Shown one piece after another: positions 11,701 to 23,933 of a stretch of 64,000 nt of DNA (positions are counted from its first letter, which is position 1; the number at the start of each line of letters is the position of its first letter). This DNA is from Takakia lepidozioides (lineage: Eukaryota; Plantae; Bryophyta). Both the position numbers and the translations under genes were made by a program. The DNA is taken from the NCBI GenBank assembly GCA_030704615.1, contig CM060733.1:38688001-38752000 (forward strand), in the 5' to 3' direction. Under the pieces are notes generated by a model. It was not told the DNA's origin. It saw nothing but the letters and a program-made list of their open reading frames with translations, and searched no databases.

Positions 11701-13867
11701 GAGTTTCAATTGAAGCTGGATGTTGAATTCCGACGAAACCGGGCTCCGCTGCCTCCGTTGGGTGCAAAAGAGGCAAAAGCGCTTGCGAACTCCAGGAAAG
11801 CGGCAGAGCTTGCTCAGGCAGGAATTCAGGAGAAATTGCATGAGAAGAGTAAAGGCCAAAGGAAAAGGACAAGGAAACAGGTGAGTGCAGTAACACACAA
11901 AAAGAATAAAACCATCGGGGCATCGGAGGAGGCGCAGGAGGGGACCCAAGAGAGTGACTCGGACGATGACTTTGTTCAAGGTCCTGCAACTGCTGTTGCT
12001 CCTACCCAGTCACCGGTCGTCCGGGTTCCCAAGTCAGTTCGGAGTGGGACTGGCTCTGCCAAGAAGTTGGCATTTGAGGGCGAGCCTACACGGCGGTATT
12101 CGGCTGTGACGTTTACGCATAGGCCAAAGCTAGAACCTCCAACCATCATCCAATGCGTCAATGAGAGCTTCCTTGACGCTCTCGCTGCCAGGGCGAAGAA
12201 GGTGGCACAGAGCAAGTCTCTGGCGGAGCAGAAGGGGAAAGCCAAGAAGAGGGCTGGCGGTACAGAGCCTAAAGACACCCCTGGTTTTGAAGCCATGATG
12301 GAATTCTTCACGGCTGTGAGCACGAATTGCAAGAGCACTCGGGGGGGGGTTGAGGTGGAGAGAGCTTGCGACATGATTCTCCTTGACATTCCAGATGGGG
12401 AGCTGCTGGAGGGCCTGGATGGTGTGCCCACCTGGAACAGGTTTACTGAGGACTACTGGAAAGCCGAGTTTGGGCTGGCGGGGATGCTTCTGGATGACGG
12501 TGGATGTGTGGTTGTCCTTGCCACGAGAGGGAAGACCATAGAGAATGCGGTGGCAAGGTGGACACCGAAAACTGTCACCCCGGTCCTCCTCAGAAAATGG
12601 TTCTGCATCAGTACACAGGGGTTGCGAACAGAGGGCCAAAGTGTAAGTTATCAATCTATTGCATTCACTTCATATTGTGGTGTATGTTAAGTAGACCCTG
12701 GAGTTTATCCTTTCTTTGTTGGATGTGCAGACATTGGTGTTTGAGGCATATTGCTTTGTGAAGAGAGGGTCTACGTTCAAATTCCGCAATGACGGTCGTC
12801 TTGTTGATGCCGTTGTGGACCCTGTAACCTACGATGTCCTCTACAACTATGTGCCCCACTCCAGTATGCCGAAGGACACAAAGATAGGCAAACCGTGGCG
12901 GTACAGCCGGACCCGGAGCCCTGCTTTCATCCAAACCCTCATGGAGACGTGCTCGGATATCCAAGGGCGGATTCTGGACCTCACATGCGGCACGGGTAAG
13001 CCTTCACGTGCTTAGTTTGTCCCCTGGCCCGATTGCAATTGCATGCCGCAAGCTATTAACCGCCCGCTTTGTTCCTCAGGTGCTTCAATGTGGGCAGGGG
13101 CGTTGTCCGACAGGCATGTGTTCGCCTTCGAGCCAGATACTGCCCTCCACAACTCGGAACTTGCAGCGGCTGAACGTCTGCCGAAAGAGGAAGAGGCATC
13201 CTCGGAGGATGAGGAAAAATCCGAGAAGGAGTAGGGGGAGGAAGTTGGGATCGAGGCCGAGGAGCCCCCGGTTTACGAGTGAGTGGTGGCATTGTAAGTT
13301 GCCTCCAGATTTTGTGAGGCACCTCCCTCCGCTCTCTTATTTCATTGAAAACCCTTTCTGGTTGTGCTGGTATTGACATTCTTGAAGTGGATTTGTTCTT
13401 ACTGTAGGATGCCAAGTACTGCCGGAGGGGTGTCTACACCAGAGTTCATGGGCAGGAGGAACGTGCCTTTTTTTGCCAGGGGGGATTTCATGCCTAGTCC
13501 AGAAAGGGAGTACATCCTTCCTACTTATGCTGCCCGGCTTGCTTCGGTGTCCATTAGGAGGTGTTCCAAACCTAGTCGTGTACAGCAGATTTTAGACGAG
13601 GCGAGCCTCAAGAAAATGAAGATGAGGGAGGAGGCAGCAGCTATTAGAGCCCGTCGGGCTCGTAGATTTGTCTTGGATTCTGCTGAGGAAAGTGGGGGAG
13701 AAGACGCAGAAGATTCCAAGGAGGTGAGGTGGACAGTCCCCCAAGGAGAGGACGGGATTTTTGAGAGGCATAGTGGAACTGATGCATCACAGAGCTCGGA
13801 GGATGAGGGGGATGAGGGGGATGAGGAAGAAGGTGGGGCAAGTTCCTCGGAGGGTGTAGGAGAGTAG
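8798..13867 (+). pseudogene. Spliced ParB-like / N4C-N6A DNA methyltransferase-fold gene, copy 1
   Basis: Exons end 9573 | 9692-9881 | 10029-10313 | 10399-10524 | 10620-10834 | 11517-12642 | 12731-12995 | 13080-13278 | 13408-13867. All introns are GT-AG with matching phases. ParB-like FYVWD(D/G)NHRLLAW; motif IV-like DMILLDIPD (12370-12396); motif I RILDLTCGTG-ASMWAG. Stops at 9169, 10662 and 13232 are CAG/CAA in other copies. Confidence 0.8.
10905..11475. repeat. 95-bp double-hairpin tandem array inside an intron (4 full units plus inverted flanking palindromes)
   Basis: GGAAATTCGGCGCC starts at 10974, 11067, 11162 and 11257. Each unit has stems GAACTGGAAA/TTTCCAGTTC and AGGGACTTAGCC/GGCTAAGTCCCT. 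Lies within intron 10835-11516. Confidence 0.95.
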
Positions 13868-14051
13868 TGCCCATTCCGGCTATGACAGTTAGAACACACT
13901 TGTATAGACGTGGCTTGCCACAAAATTTGCAATAAAATGTTGCATTTCAAGTCCACTGGTGCCACATTCCAACTTCACATGACCCTATTTCCGTGCCTCC
14001 TAACCCTATTTCCGTGGACTCACAATGGTCTGCTCATGCTTTTTTTTTTTC

Positions 14052-14073
14052 CGCTCATGAAATAGCAGCCCCC
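14052..14073 (-). repeat. Transposon terminus GGGGGCTGCTATTTCATGAGCG (putative short TIR)
   Basis: The same 22-mer with one mismatch begins copy 2 at 36581. Both abut gypsy sequence at different gypsy positions. Confidence 0.8.
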
Positions 14074-17000
14074 GCTGGAAGGCCTAAGTTGTTTAAGAGG
14101 TATCTGCTATGGTGTAGTGTCAGCAACACCAATTGAAGAAGAAACTAGCAGTTACCCATCACATTTCTATGAAGAAAGAGAAGGAGAAATGGAAATCCTA
14201 GAGGAACCAGCCACTGTGAGTTTACAGGATGAAGTGGTGACTAGTTGGACAATCACAGCTGATGAGCAGGTGAGGGAAGTGAATGTGGGAACTAAAGAGG
14301 AACCGAGGATGGTGAAGGTAGGAGCTGATTTGGAGCCAGAATTCTTTGAAGAAGCTAAGAGCTTGTTCATCAAATACAGAGATGTATTTGGAGCTATGAG
14401 GATCTAAAAGGGATACCACCTGAAATCTGTCAGCATAAGATTGAACTAGAACCAGGGTCAGTACCAATCAAGCAGGCAAGGTACAGAATGAATCCCAACC
14501 ACGCACAGAAGGTTGGAGAAGAGATCAATAAGTTGGCTGAGGCTAAGTTTATTTACCGAATAGAGTATACAACTTGGTTGTCACCCATTGTGATAGTTCC
14601 CAAGAAGAATGGTAAACTAAGAGTTTGTGTGAACTACAAGAAGCTGAATGCTTGTACGAAGAAAGATCCTTTCCCTTTGCCATTCACAGAAGCAGTATTG
14701 GACATTGTGGCAGGCCATGAGATGTACTCATTCATGGATGGTTTCAGTGGTTATAATCAAGTGCAAGTGGCAGAAGAAGACCAAGGAAAGACAGCTTTCA
14801 TCATAGACTGGGGTGCTTATGCATACAAAGTCATGCCCTTTGGACTTTGTAATGCACCAGCAACCTTTCAAAGAGTGATAAGTGAATCTTTTCATGAGTA
14901 TCTGGATAATTTCATGCAGTTGTTCTTGGATGATTTCAGTGTGTACAGCTCTAAGAAGGAGCACTTGCATAAATTGGAGTTATGTCTGGCCAGATGCAGG
15001 ATGAGAGGTCTGGGCCTGAATCCAGAGAAATGTACTTTCTGTGTGAACTCAGTCGTGCTTCTGGGACACATTGTGTATAAGAGGGGACTTCTTGTGGATC
15101 CCAGGAAGACAGAGGCCATTAAAGCCTCTCCACCACCAACAAATGTTAAGAGTCTAAGGAGATTCCTTGGGCAAACCAGTTATTACAGAAGATTTGTCAA
15201 AAGGTATGCACAAATAGCAGCACCATTGAGCAAGCTTCTGAAGAAAGATGCAGTGTTTGCATGGACAGCTGAATGTCAACGGGCTTTTGAGGAACTTACA
15301 TTGTCAGTAACAACTACACCTGTGCTGATTAACCCTCACTAGCATGTAGTATTTCATGTTCACTGTGATGCCTCAGGAGAAGCGTTGGGAGCGGTGTTAG
15401 CCCAGAATGTTACAGGAAATATAGATTCACCTGTGTACTATGCTAGCAGGTTGATGAACAGTGCTGAAAGGAACTATAGCACAACTGAAAGAGAAGCACT
15501 GGCAATGATTTATGCAGTCAAGAAATTCAGGCATTACCTATTGGGAAGAAAGTTTATGTTTTATGTGGATCACCAGGCTGTGATATATCTGGTGAACAAA
15601 CCTTTGATAAGTGGAAGGATAACGAGGTGGTTAATAATCTTGCATGAGTTTGAGTTCGAAGTTGTTTACAAGCCTGGCCGTTTGCATCTTGTGGCAGATC
15701 ATTTGTCACGACTAACAACAGGAGAGGCCGCCACAGGAGTAGACGATCAGTTACCTGATGCGAGTTAATTTGTAATGGAGATGCAAGGAAGTGCAGATGA
15801 ATGGTTAGATTGGCAGTGGCCAATCAGATACTACCTTACTCATGGTGAATGCCCACCTAGTTATGGTAAGGAGCAGAGGAAGAGAATCGCTATCAAGGCT
15901 TTACCTTATACTATGGTAGGAAGCAGAATGTATAAGCTGGGACCTGATGGAGTACTTAAATGATGCTTGTACCACCATGAAGTAAATAAAGTTTTGGAGG
16001 AAGTTCATAAAGGAGTGGCTGGAGGTCATTTTGGAGAAGAGACTACCAGTAGAAAGATACTACTCGCAGGTTACTGGTGGCCTACTTTGTTCAAAGATGT
16101 ACACGAGTATTGTCAGAGTTGTGATGAATGTCAGAGGCTAGGACCTTTGCAAAGATCTGGAAAGATGGCCTTGCATCCTACAATGCCTACGGAACCATTT
16201 CAGAAATGGGGACTAGACTTTGTTGGACCAATTAACCCACCGGCCAAGAATACACAGAATAGGTACATAATTACAGCCACTGATTATACTACGAAGTGGG
16301 TGGAAGCTAAAGCTTTGAGGGACAATACAACCAAGTCCACAGCAAGGTTCCTGTATGAGAACATACTTACACGATTTGGCTGTCCCTTGGAATTTATCAG
16401 TGATCAGGGAAGTCACTTCATTAATGAGACCATTGAATTATTGACTAAAGAGTTCATGATTGTGCATAGGAAAAGTACAACATATTACCCACAGGGTAAT
16501 GGACAGGCAGAGGCTACCAACAAAATACTATGTACTATCTTGGCTAAGATAGTCAATGCAAACAGAACGGATTGGGATACAAAGCTGCTGACAGCTTTGT
16601 GGTCATACAAGACTTCATATAAAGTCACCACTAAGTATACACCATTCCAATTAGTTTATGGTATGGAAGCATTACTTCCAGTGGAATTCCTGTTACCTAC
16701 CATGAGAACGGAATGGGGAAAGAGAATGGAATTGCAAGATTCAATTAAGGTCAGGAAACATGCATTATACCATGTGGAAGAAGTACGTGCTGATGCAGCT
16801 GATAACATGATCAGAATTCAGATGAAGAGAAAGGAACAGTTTGATGAAGGCAAGATAAAGACTTTTAAGACGGGAGATTTGGTTCTGTGGTTGCATAAGA
16901 AGGGAAAGATTAAAGCTTCTAAGCTTAAATCACCATGGAAATGACCTTATGTCATACAGAAGATATATGATAACAACACCGCCATGTTACAAACCATTAA

Positions 17001-17430
17001 CAAAGAGATGCTGGGAAGAGTCAATGCCAATAAGTTGAAGGGGTACAGTGGTATCCATGACAAACCATTGCAGCATGATTTGCATGTTGAAACGCAAAAG
17101 CAGTCACGGGCTGCGCCAGTGATACCAACGGAGTATGGAGCACTTTTCGCTAAGCCGAACATATATGACCAAGGCGGGCAGAACAAGAGCGACACAGCCT
17201 ATCACAGCCCAGCACGGCGTGACACAGCCTATCACAACCCATCACGGCGTGACACAGCCTATCACAGCCCAGTAAGGCGCGACATAGCGTATCACAGCCC
17301 AGCACGACGCAATACAGCCTATCACAACCTACCACAGTGTGTCACAGCCTATCACAGCTTACCACAGTGCAACACAGCCTATCACAGCGTACTACAGTAT
17401 GACACAGCCTGTCACAGCTCAACACAGCCT
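14074..17430 (+). pseudogene. pol remnant (RT-RNase H-integrase), copy B
   Basis: ORFs 14488-15342, 15385-15768, 15775-15963, 15967-16944 and 16984 onward are in one frame, broken by point stops. Confidence 0.95.
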
Positions 17431-17925
17431 ACTAGGGTTACACAATCCATAGAATCAGTGACAGGTGGACGTAGGATAACTTCAGGGAAATGGCCGGCGG
17501 AAGAAAGGACGGAAGCCAGTTTAGAAAGGGACACGTGGAAGTCAGGGAGCAACACACAGCTGAGAAGGAAGTGCAAGAACAGATGTCATCAAGAAAGAGG
17601 ACAAGAATGGCCGTCAAAATACCTACTTAGCACGTCAATTCGGATGAATGGCGGGCCCATTAATGAATACGGAAAAAGGGCAACAGAACAAACGGCAAGT
17701 ACAGAAAAGCGAAATTCTTGTCACATGTGTTATCCTAGTGGACAGTCCATCAGGGAAAGTCCACTAAAGAAAATTAAATCTAAAATCCAGTCACAGCGGT
17801 TACAGCCAATCGAAAGCCAGAAAAGGGATCAAGAAATTGGAGGGAATTTAAGCGCAAGAGTCGGCGTCGTTCTAAGTAACGGGCGTCTCGACGGGACAAA
17901 CCATCAATGCTATAGCTTTGAAGCT

Positions 17926-20900
17926 ATGGAGGAATTAACAAACTATACGCTCGCAATATTACTTACGCAATGGCATAGGGACGGAAGAACAGAGCGGATC
18001 TTTTCTCTTAATCGATGCTTGCAAGCCCCGCATGCTTACAAGTAATTACCCATAGCTTTTTGTGGCAACCATACGTTTATGTTTTGTGCCCTGCAAGCAT
18101 TTCTTCAATTGTTACAGCCAAAACCTTTCTGTGGGTCTAGAATGAAGAGAGTGAGAGGAATGGAAGAAATCAGGGTGAAGAGCACCACAATCCTGCAGAA
18201 ACAAACGATTGCTACTCCACAGGCGGTACAGTTACTGAAGGAGCTGCGATTGGAAGGATTGCAAAGCAAAGATTGGACATTGCACCATAGACAGTACATG
18301 TTACAATTATTGCAGAACTTTGAGCATAGGACAGGAGCAACAACGGTGAAGGGAGTTGAATTAGAAATTACTCCCCTATACCTACAGCAATTGTTTGAAT
18401 TGCCATCAGGTCAGGTGCATCTGGAGGAGCACAGGGCAAGACTGCAAATAGGGAACTTATTCCAAGAAGGGAGTTTCTTTAAAACTCAGGGTTATGCTTG
18501 TACCAAGGCCGTGTACCCAGGGCTAAGGAGGTAGGCCAGGTATTGAACGTTCTGTTTGCCATGAAACAGAACCAACAGTATTTGAGCAGATCCTTCACAG
18601 AGGAAATACTCAAAGCCCTAAGATGAGAAGAGGTAGCATGGGCGGACATAATGTACAACGCACTGGTAGAGGAGATGAAAAGATTACAGGGCACTGCCGC
18701 AAAGTCTCCTATCATAGTGTCTGGCCCAATCATTGCTCAAATAATTCTTGATTCTTGCATACTTGATGCTCGAGAAAGAAAGGAGATGAGAGTGTTTGAG
18801 ACTGAAGCCACTCCAATGGAAAAGCAAGGCTCTTCACACAGTGAGGGTGGACTGGCAGGGCAACCCCAGACTAAGAGACAGAGGCGGGGAAAAACTGTAG
18901 TGGCGGATCCACTGGCTTCACGGAAACCGCATGATAATGTTTCCCAAGCTCTTGTGCAGGAAGGGGCACAGCAGCACAGAGAACTGCTATTATTGGAAGC
19001 AGGACCTTCAGAGAGGGAAGAGGAAGTTACTTCAGTATCACAGCCATCATAGCCAGATGATCGGCTTGTCACAGAGTTACCACAAGTTGTCCATGCAGTT
19101 CCACCAGAAATAATTGATTTGGAGAAAGAAGGGTTAGATATTCCCACTACAAAACAGGTGGTGGCAGAAATTGAGAAGGGGGACCTTCTCTATGAATATT
19201 CTGGTCTGGTCAAGGAAACAGTGATTCCGGAGGTGCAACGGTTGTCCAGGGGAAACCCTGCGGTGCATATAATACACACACATGTGACGGAGGTACCACA
19301 GGTAGAATGTCAAGACACTGCAGCACCGGTGACGGATGAAGTGGTTCAGGAAGAAAATCTGGTGGGGCAATGGCCTGAGTGGTTTGTGAGGCATCACACT
19401 ATTGAGGATCAGGGAGAACAGCAGCAAGCTCACCATGATGACCCTCAACAGGCCATGCTTATGAGTTCCATAAGCAGGACACTTAATTTGTTGGGCACTT
19501 ATGTCAAATCCCATGTTCCAACTACCCAATTGGCAGCTTTGAGGGAGGAACTCAGGAAGGAGTTTGAGGCTCGACTTGCCACTGAGTGTGCAAACAAGGT
19601 CGATGAAGAGGTCACTCTCAAGATGCAGCAAGACTTAGAGAGTACAGAAGCGGCTTTGCAATTGGCCAAGGAACAATTGATTGAGGCAGGCCTCGCGCAA
19701 GACCAGTTGCACGAAGCACATAAGCAACAGCTATACCAAATGCAGGTGAAGCATGAAAGCAAGTTGCAAGAAGTGAATGCACTACATACAGAGTTGCAGA
19801 TAGTGCATGACAGGATGGCCATACAATGCGCTACACTCACAACTATGCTTGACCAAGCTACAATAGAAATAAACAGTCAAGCGGAAAGATGTACGAAGGC
19901 AGAGAAAGATAAAGTTGAGCAATTGAAACTCATTGTCGATATGAAGAATACAATCTGTAGCAATGCGAATACTTTCAAACAATACAGGCAGCTTGAAGCT
20001 GACCAAGAGAGGTACATCTTGGAGTTGCAACGAACGCTCATGGTAAATAGAAATGAACTCTCTGTGGCTAACAAGGCTTGGAAGGAAGCCAATAATCTGG
20101 CTGCTGCCTATGCGAGTTTGGTTGAAGCTCATGCGAAGCGCATGGAGGCTTTACAACAGCAGATAGATGTGTACAGGCTCACAGAGGAGCAGACTCTAAG
20201 GGGTGCCACAAGCAACTTGGTGGATAACCACCTTATGCAGGTCAGGTTAGCACAAGGGCCGGTGGAGAGCAAAGCACCACGAAAGCTCACCCAAAGTGAG
20301 ATGAATGAGCTCATACTGCAAGTGCAAAACATTGCCACAACTACTATAGACAATGTCTATAGTAGGATAGCAGAGTTACAGGAGGATGTAGACGGCCTGC
20401 AGACTCAAGTGGAGGACCTCACTTCAAATATTGACAAGAGAGTCCGTGTACCTGAGGAACAACTAATGGCTTCTTATTTACAAGCGAGAACTTTGGCTTT
20501 TCAGTCTTCTTCACAGGGGGTGCAGGAGATGCCAATGGTACAAGAGCCAGTGCCACCAACACCACAACAAGTCACTGTGCCAGTAGCTGACCCTGTTGTT
20601 ACTACAGCCACACCACAGCCACCACAGCCTGAGGTATGGGGGAATGCTACTTTTAACCCACCTAAAACTCCAGCTGCACGGGAGTACAGTCGGACTATGA
20701 CTATGCCCTTCAACCAAATTCCCATTGTGTTGGATTTGGCTTGGAAAGAATTTAGTCCTCCGCAGTCATTGGCACATTACTATCAAATCATGCGCATTTG
20801 GCTGCCAGTGGCCACTAGGACTAAAGTTCTTCGGAACAATCGACCAATTGAGGATCATCACTTTGCGCAGTACTGGCATGAGGCAAGTACGATGTTGAAG

Positions 20901-23852
20901 GAATTAATTGCCTTCCAAGTTGTTCTTGGATTCATTTATACCAAGACCAAAGAGGTAGCAAGTATTGTCATGGGCTGCGGGTTATACTACGCTGCTTGTT
21001 TCTGGTACGTTATGTAGTGTGAATGCAGGGGACAGAACATTACATATGTTTACCATTACGACCTACATCACTATGACGGAGTGCCCATCATCCCAACTGC
21101 AGAAAGGATGTATCCCTTCATATAGGTAATTTCATGAGCGCACTGAACTTATGCTTTGCCAGGAGAAAATGGCTAAGTCATGACGGTACACATTTTCATC
21201 CATGCGATGAACGTTTTCATCAATGGTTCTTTACCTAAAAGATCGCGGGTTGAGAAAAATGAAGAGGAAGATGACGGATGGCTCGTAGCGGCTGTTGCAA
21301 GCAGTGGTGTCGGCAGGGCAGCCTGTGTTAGGAGGTTGTACTGCGCGCGGTGGGATCTTGCTTGGCTTAGGAAGCGGGCATTAAGACGCCTCTGCTTGGT
21401 ATCTGTTGTAGAAAAAGCGGTGCCGCCTCTCTCGTAGTGATGATCAATTCAAGAGATAGAAGCATGTAAGGAAAGCGGCGCACCACCACTGCCGCCAGTG
21501 CCTTGAAGATGATAGTTATGGGCAGATGAGCAAGCAAGGAAAAGGCCAACTGCTGAAAGCACAGGGAAGAGAGTCTGGGCACAATCAATGGGGGGAGGTA
21601 AAGCATGTGGAGTTCTGGCTGTATGGTATCTCAGGTTCTCTGTCATTAAGCTTCTAGCTGCTTTGTGTCTCCTTGTTATAGGACCAGGCAATTCGAGAGG
21701 AAGAATTGCATAGCGTAATCTGGTTGTCAGGCCACAGGATGGTCCAAGTGAAGAAGGGAGCCATCATGGCGTCATAAGGTCTGGAATCAAGACAAAGAGA
21801 AAGGGTTGAAGTGGCTGCTGACGGGCGATGGCAAGGTGCCACCTTGACAGGCAGACCCGCCGCTTCACTAGTGGATAAAAATAGATAAGTCGATGAACAG
21901 AGGCTTCTTTTTGCCAGGACTTAGAAATTGCTTTGGTAGATTTAGGACTGCCATCTTGGCAGAAGAGAAAAGGTAGAGACATGTGACAAGAAAAAGTTTT
22001 GTGAAATGGGAATGGAGACTCTGGACTTCAGACCAGAACGTGGAAAGGATGGATGTACTGATGTTGTGATGACAGTGAGAGAAATAAGTGAAGAGAGAGA
22101 GAAAGAGAGAGCCTGTTCGTCACTGAATTCAGAATGGTCACTGTTGTCTTCATTCTTGCATTTTGATTCAGTGTCATAAACCTGGATACCATGCTGTCGT
22201 GTGTAGTGATAACTGGAACCAATGTAGATCTGGCTTGTTTGTTTGGAGAGATCAATGATGGTTAGCTGGAGTTGCAAAAAAACATGGAAAGGATAAGGTG
22301 ATTTCACTATGGGATCAGGATCTGAACAACTGGTTCCACAGTTGAAGGGAAAAGAGGGATGTGGGGGTATTTGGGTTGAAGTCTGACAAAAGAGATGAGA
22401 CTGTTTGAGCGATGGGTCATTGGAAAAAGGACAAGAGAGAGAGAAAGAGAGAGAGCTGATGGATGGGATGGGTTGTGTCTTGAGAGACCGAGGATGACTT
22501 CAAGGCTGGCGCACTGGATGCCTAGCAGCGTGTGCATTCACATTACATGACAGATCTGCTGCTGTGAAATAGTGGGGAACCGGGGGGGACATAGACAGAG
22601 ATAGTTGAAACAGACAAAAAGGAAAAAGAAAGAGAGAGAAGTGGAAAAATGGGATTTGGGTAAGGAGAGAGCTGCAATTCAAAAGGGCTGTTGGGGGGGG
22701 GGGGGGTTGGCCAATTGGGGAGATGAGATGAAGAAGAAAACCTGAAAGAAACCAGTGCCCTTGCAGACCATGAAGATCTGAGCTGCCTCCTCCTAAATCT
22801 GTGTCACCACTACAAAAAGGGGATTTCCGACCTGTCACTGCTCAAGTGGGCTTCACATAAAGGATCGTGTTTACCGCTGCCATTGGGCTGATTTGCATCA
22901 CTGAATACATCGCACAGCATAGCTGGTGCTGTACCTGCTGATAGGGGATGTTGTGTAAAAGTAGAACGAAGAGTGAACAACAAATTGACTCCCCATCCAT
23001 GTCTTCCCTTCCGCTGCGGCGTGGATGAGGATTTGCTTGAACTCTGATCACGGAGGAGCTGAGGGAAACCCACAGCCAAGTGACGACAGTTGGACAGATT
23101 AGAAAGAACGCTTCTTTCCTCTTGCTCCGCAATCAATGGAGGGGAGCACAATTAGAATTATACCGAGGGGGATTCACGCCCCTTCTTTTCACACTACAGT
23201 TATCACATTGAGCAACAGAAGATGCAAACGCGCTTTATGAGTTATTCCAGTGGGGATCATTGGGTCTTACCTTCAGTGCCACCTCATATGTACCTATATG
23301 AGGCAAAAGTTATGATGCCAAGGATTCTCAGATTCGTTCATGGTTTCATGCGGCCTACAACAATTTTTGTCAACACAGAAATTCGGGCCTGACGATAGTT
23401 CTTTTAAGGGGACATGAGGCATGGAAATATTTGCACAATTCACAAGTCATTGGTACACCACTCACCTGGACAGACAAGGAGCTCAGGGTCTTCACCAATT
23501 TTGCAATTCAACGCTTACAACAAGTTTTACAGTTTTAAACTTCCAGACATTGGGACAACATTGTATGCCCCAGAGAATTCCAATTAAAGTTCGACAGTTA
23601 TTAAAACACCTCAGGGGGGACGAGGATTCTGATACAACTGTTTCTTCAGCGGACTCTTTTGAACATGGCAGAGGACTATATGCAATTCAGATCGCAGAGA
23701 GAAGAAGCGACGGGGGTCTCCTATGCCTGAAAGATTACCTCGATTCAGCCTCCAGAGGGAATGACATATCCAAGTAGTGTTCAATCATCTCCCTCCAACC
23801 AGTGACAGAACAGGCTCGCACACGGAGTCCTTCACGAGACTCTAACCGTTAG
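17926..23852 (+). pseudogene. ORF3 of copy B, interrupted by a 2.2-kb insertion
   Basis: Starts MEELTNYTLAILLTQWH; includes ORF 19119-21017 (632 aa). Homology resumes at 23199 (GTTATCACATTGAGC). Confidence 0.85.
21013..23198. mobile_element. 2,186-bp non-coding TG...CA insertion (solo-LTR-like or Ginger-like) with 11-bp terminal inverted repeat and 4-bp TSD GTTA
   Basis: Ends are TGTAGTGTGAA and TTCACACTACA. GTTA at 21009-21012 and 23199-23202. Empty site GGTACGTTATCACATTG seen in copy A (8135-8151). Confidence 0.9.
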
Positions 23853-23915
23853 AAGGGTGCTCGCTCACAAAGGGTTACAAATCCCAAACAGTAAACCGTG
23901 AGGACATGGCTTTTT

Positions 23916-23933
23916 GAGAGGGAAGGGGTGGTA
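23916..23933 (+). promoter_or_regulatory. Polypurine tract (PPT)
   Basis: GAGAGGGAAGGGGTGGTA lies immediately 5' of the LTR start TGTTAGAGG. Confidence 0.85.

Larger units (their letters stand above)
8798..14073 (+). mobile_element. MULE-like DNA transposon copy 1 (5'-truncated; ParB-methyltransferase arm with intact terminus)
   Basis: Nearly identical to the reverse complement of 36581-42310 and to 62858-64000. Ends at ...CCGCTCATGAAATAGCAGCCCCC (14073), then gypsy pol resumes. Confidence 0.85.

Noticed and set aside
8798-14073. ParB-methyltransferase region as bacterial or phage contamination
   Set aside because: It has phase-consistent spliceosomal introns, plant-type CHG decay, multiple copies, and direct junctions with plant retrotransposon DNA.
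21180-23151. Short ORFs inside the 2.2-kb insertion as captured host genes
   Set aside because: All are under 125 aa, interleaved with GA and G tracts, and lack recognisable motifs.
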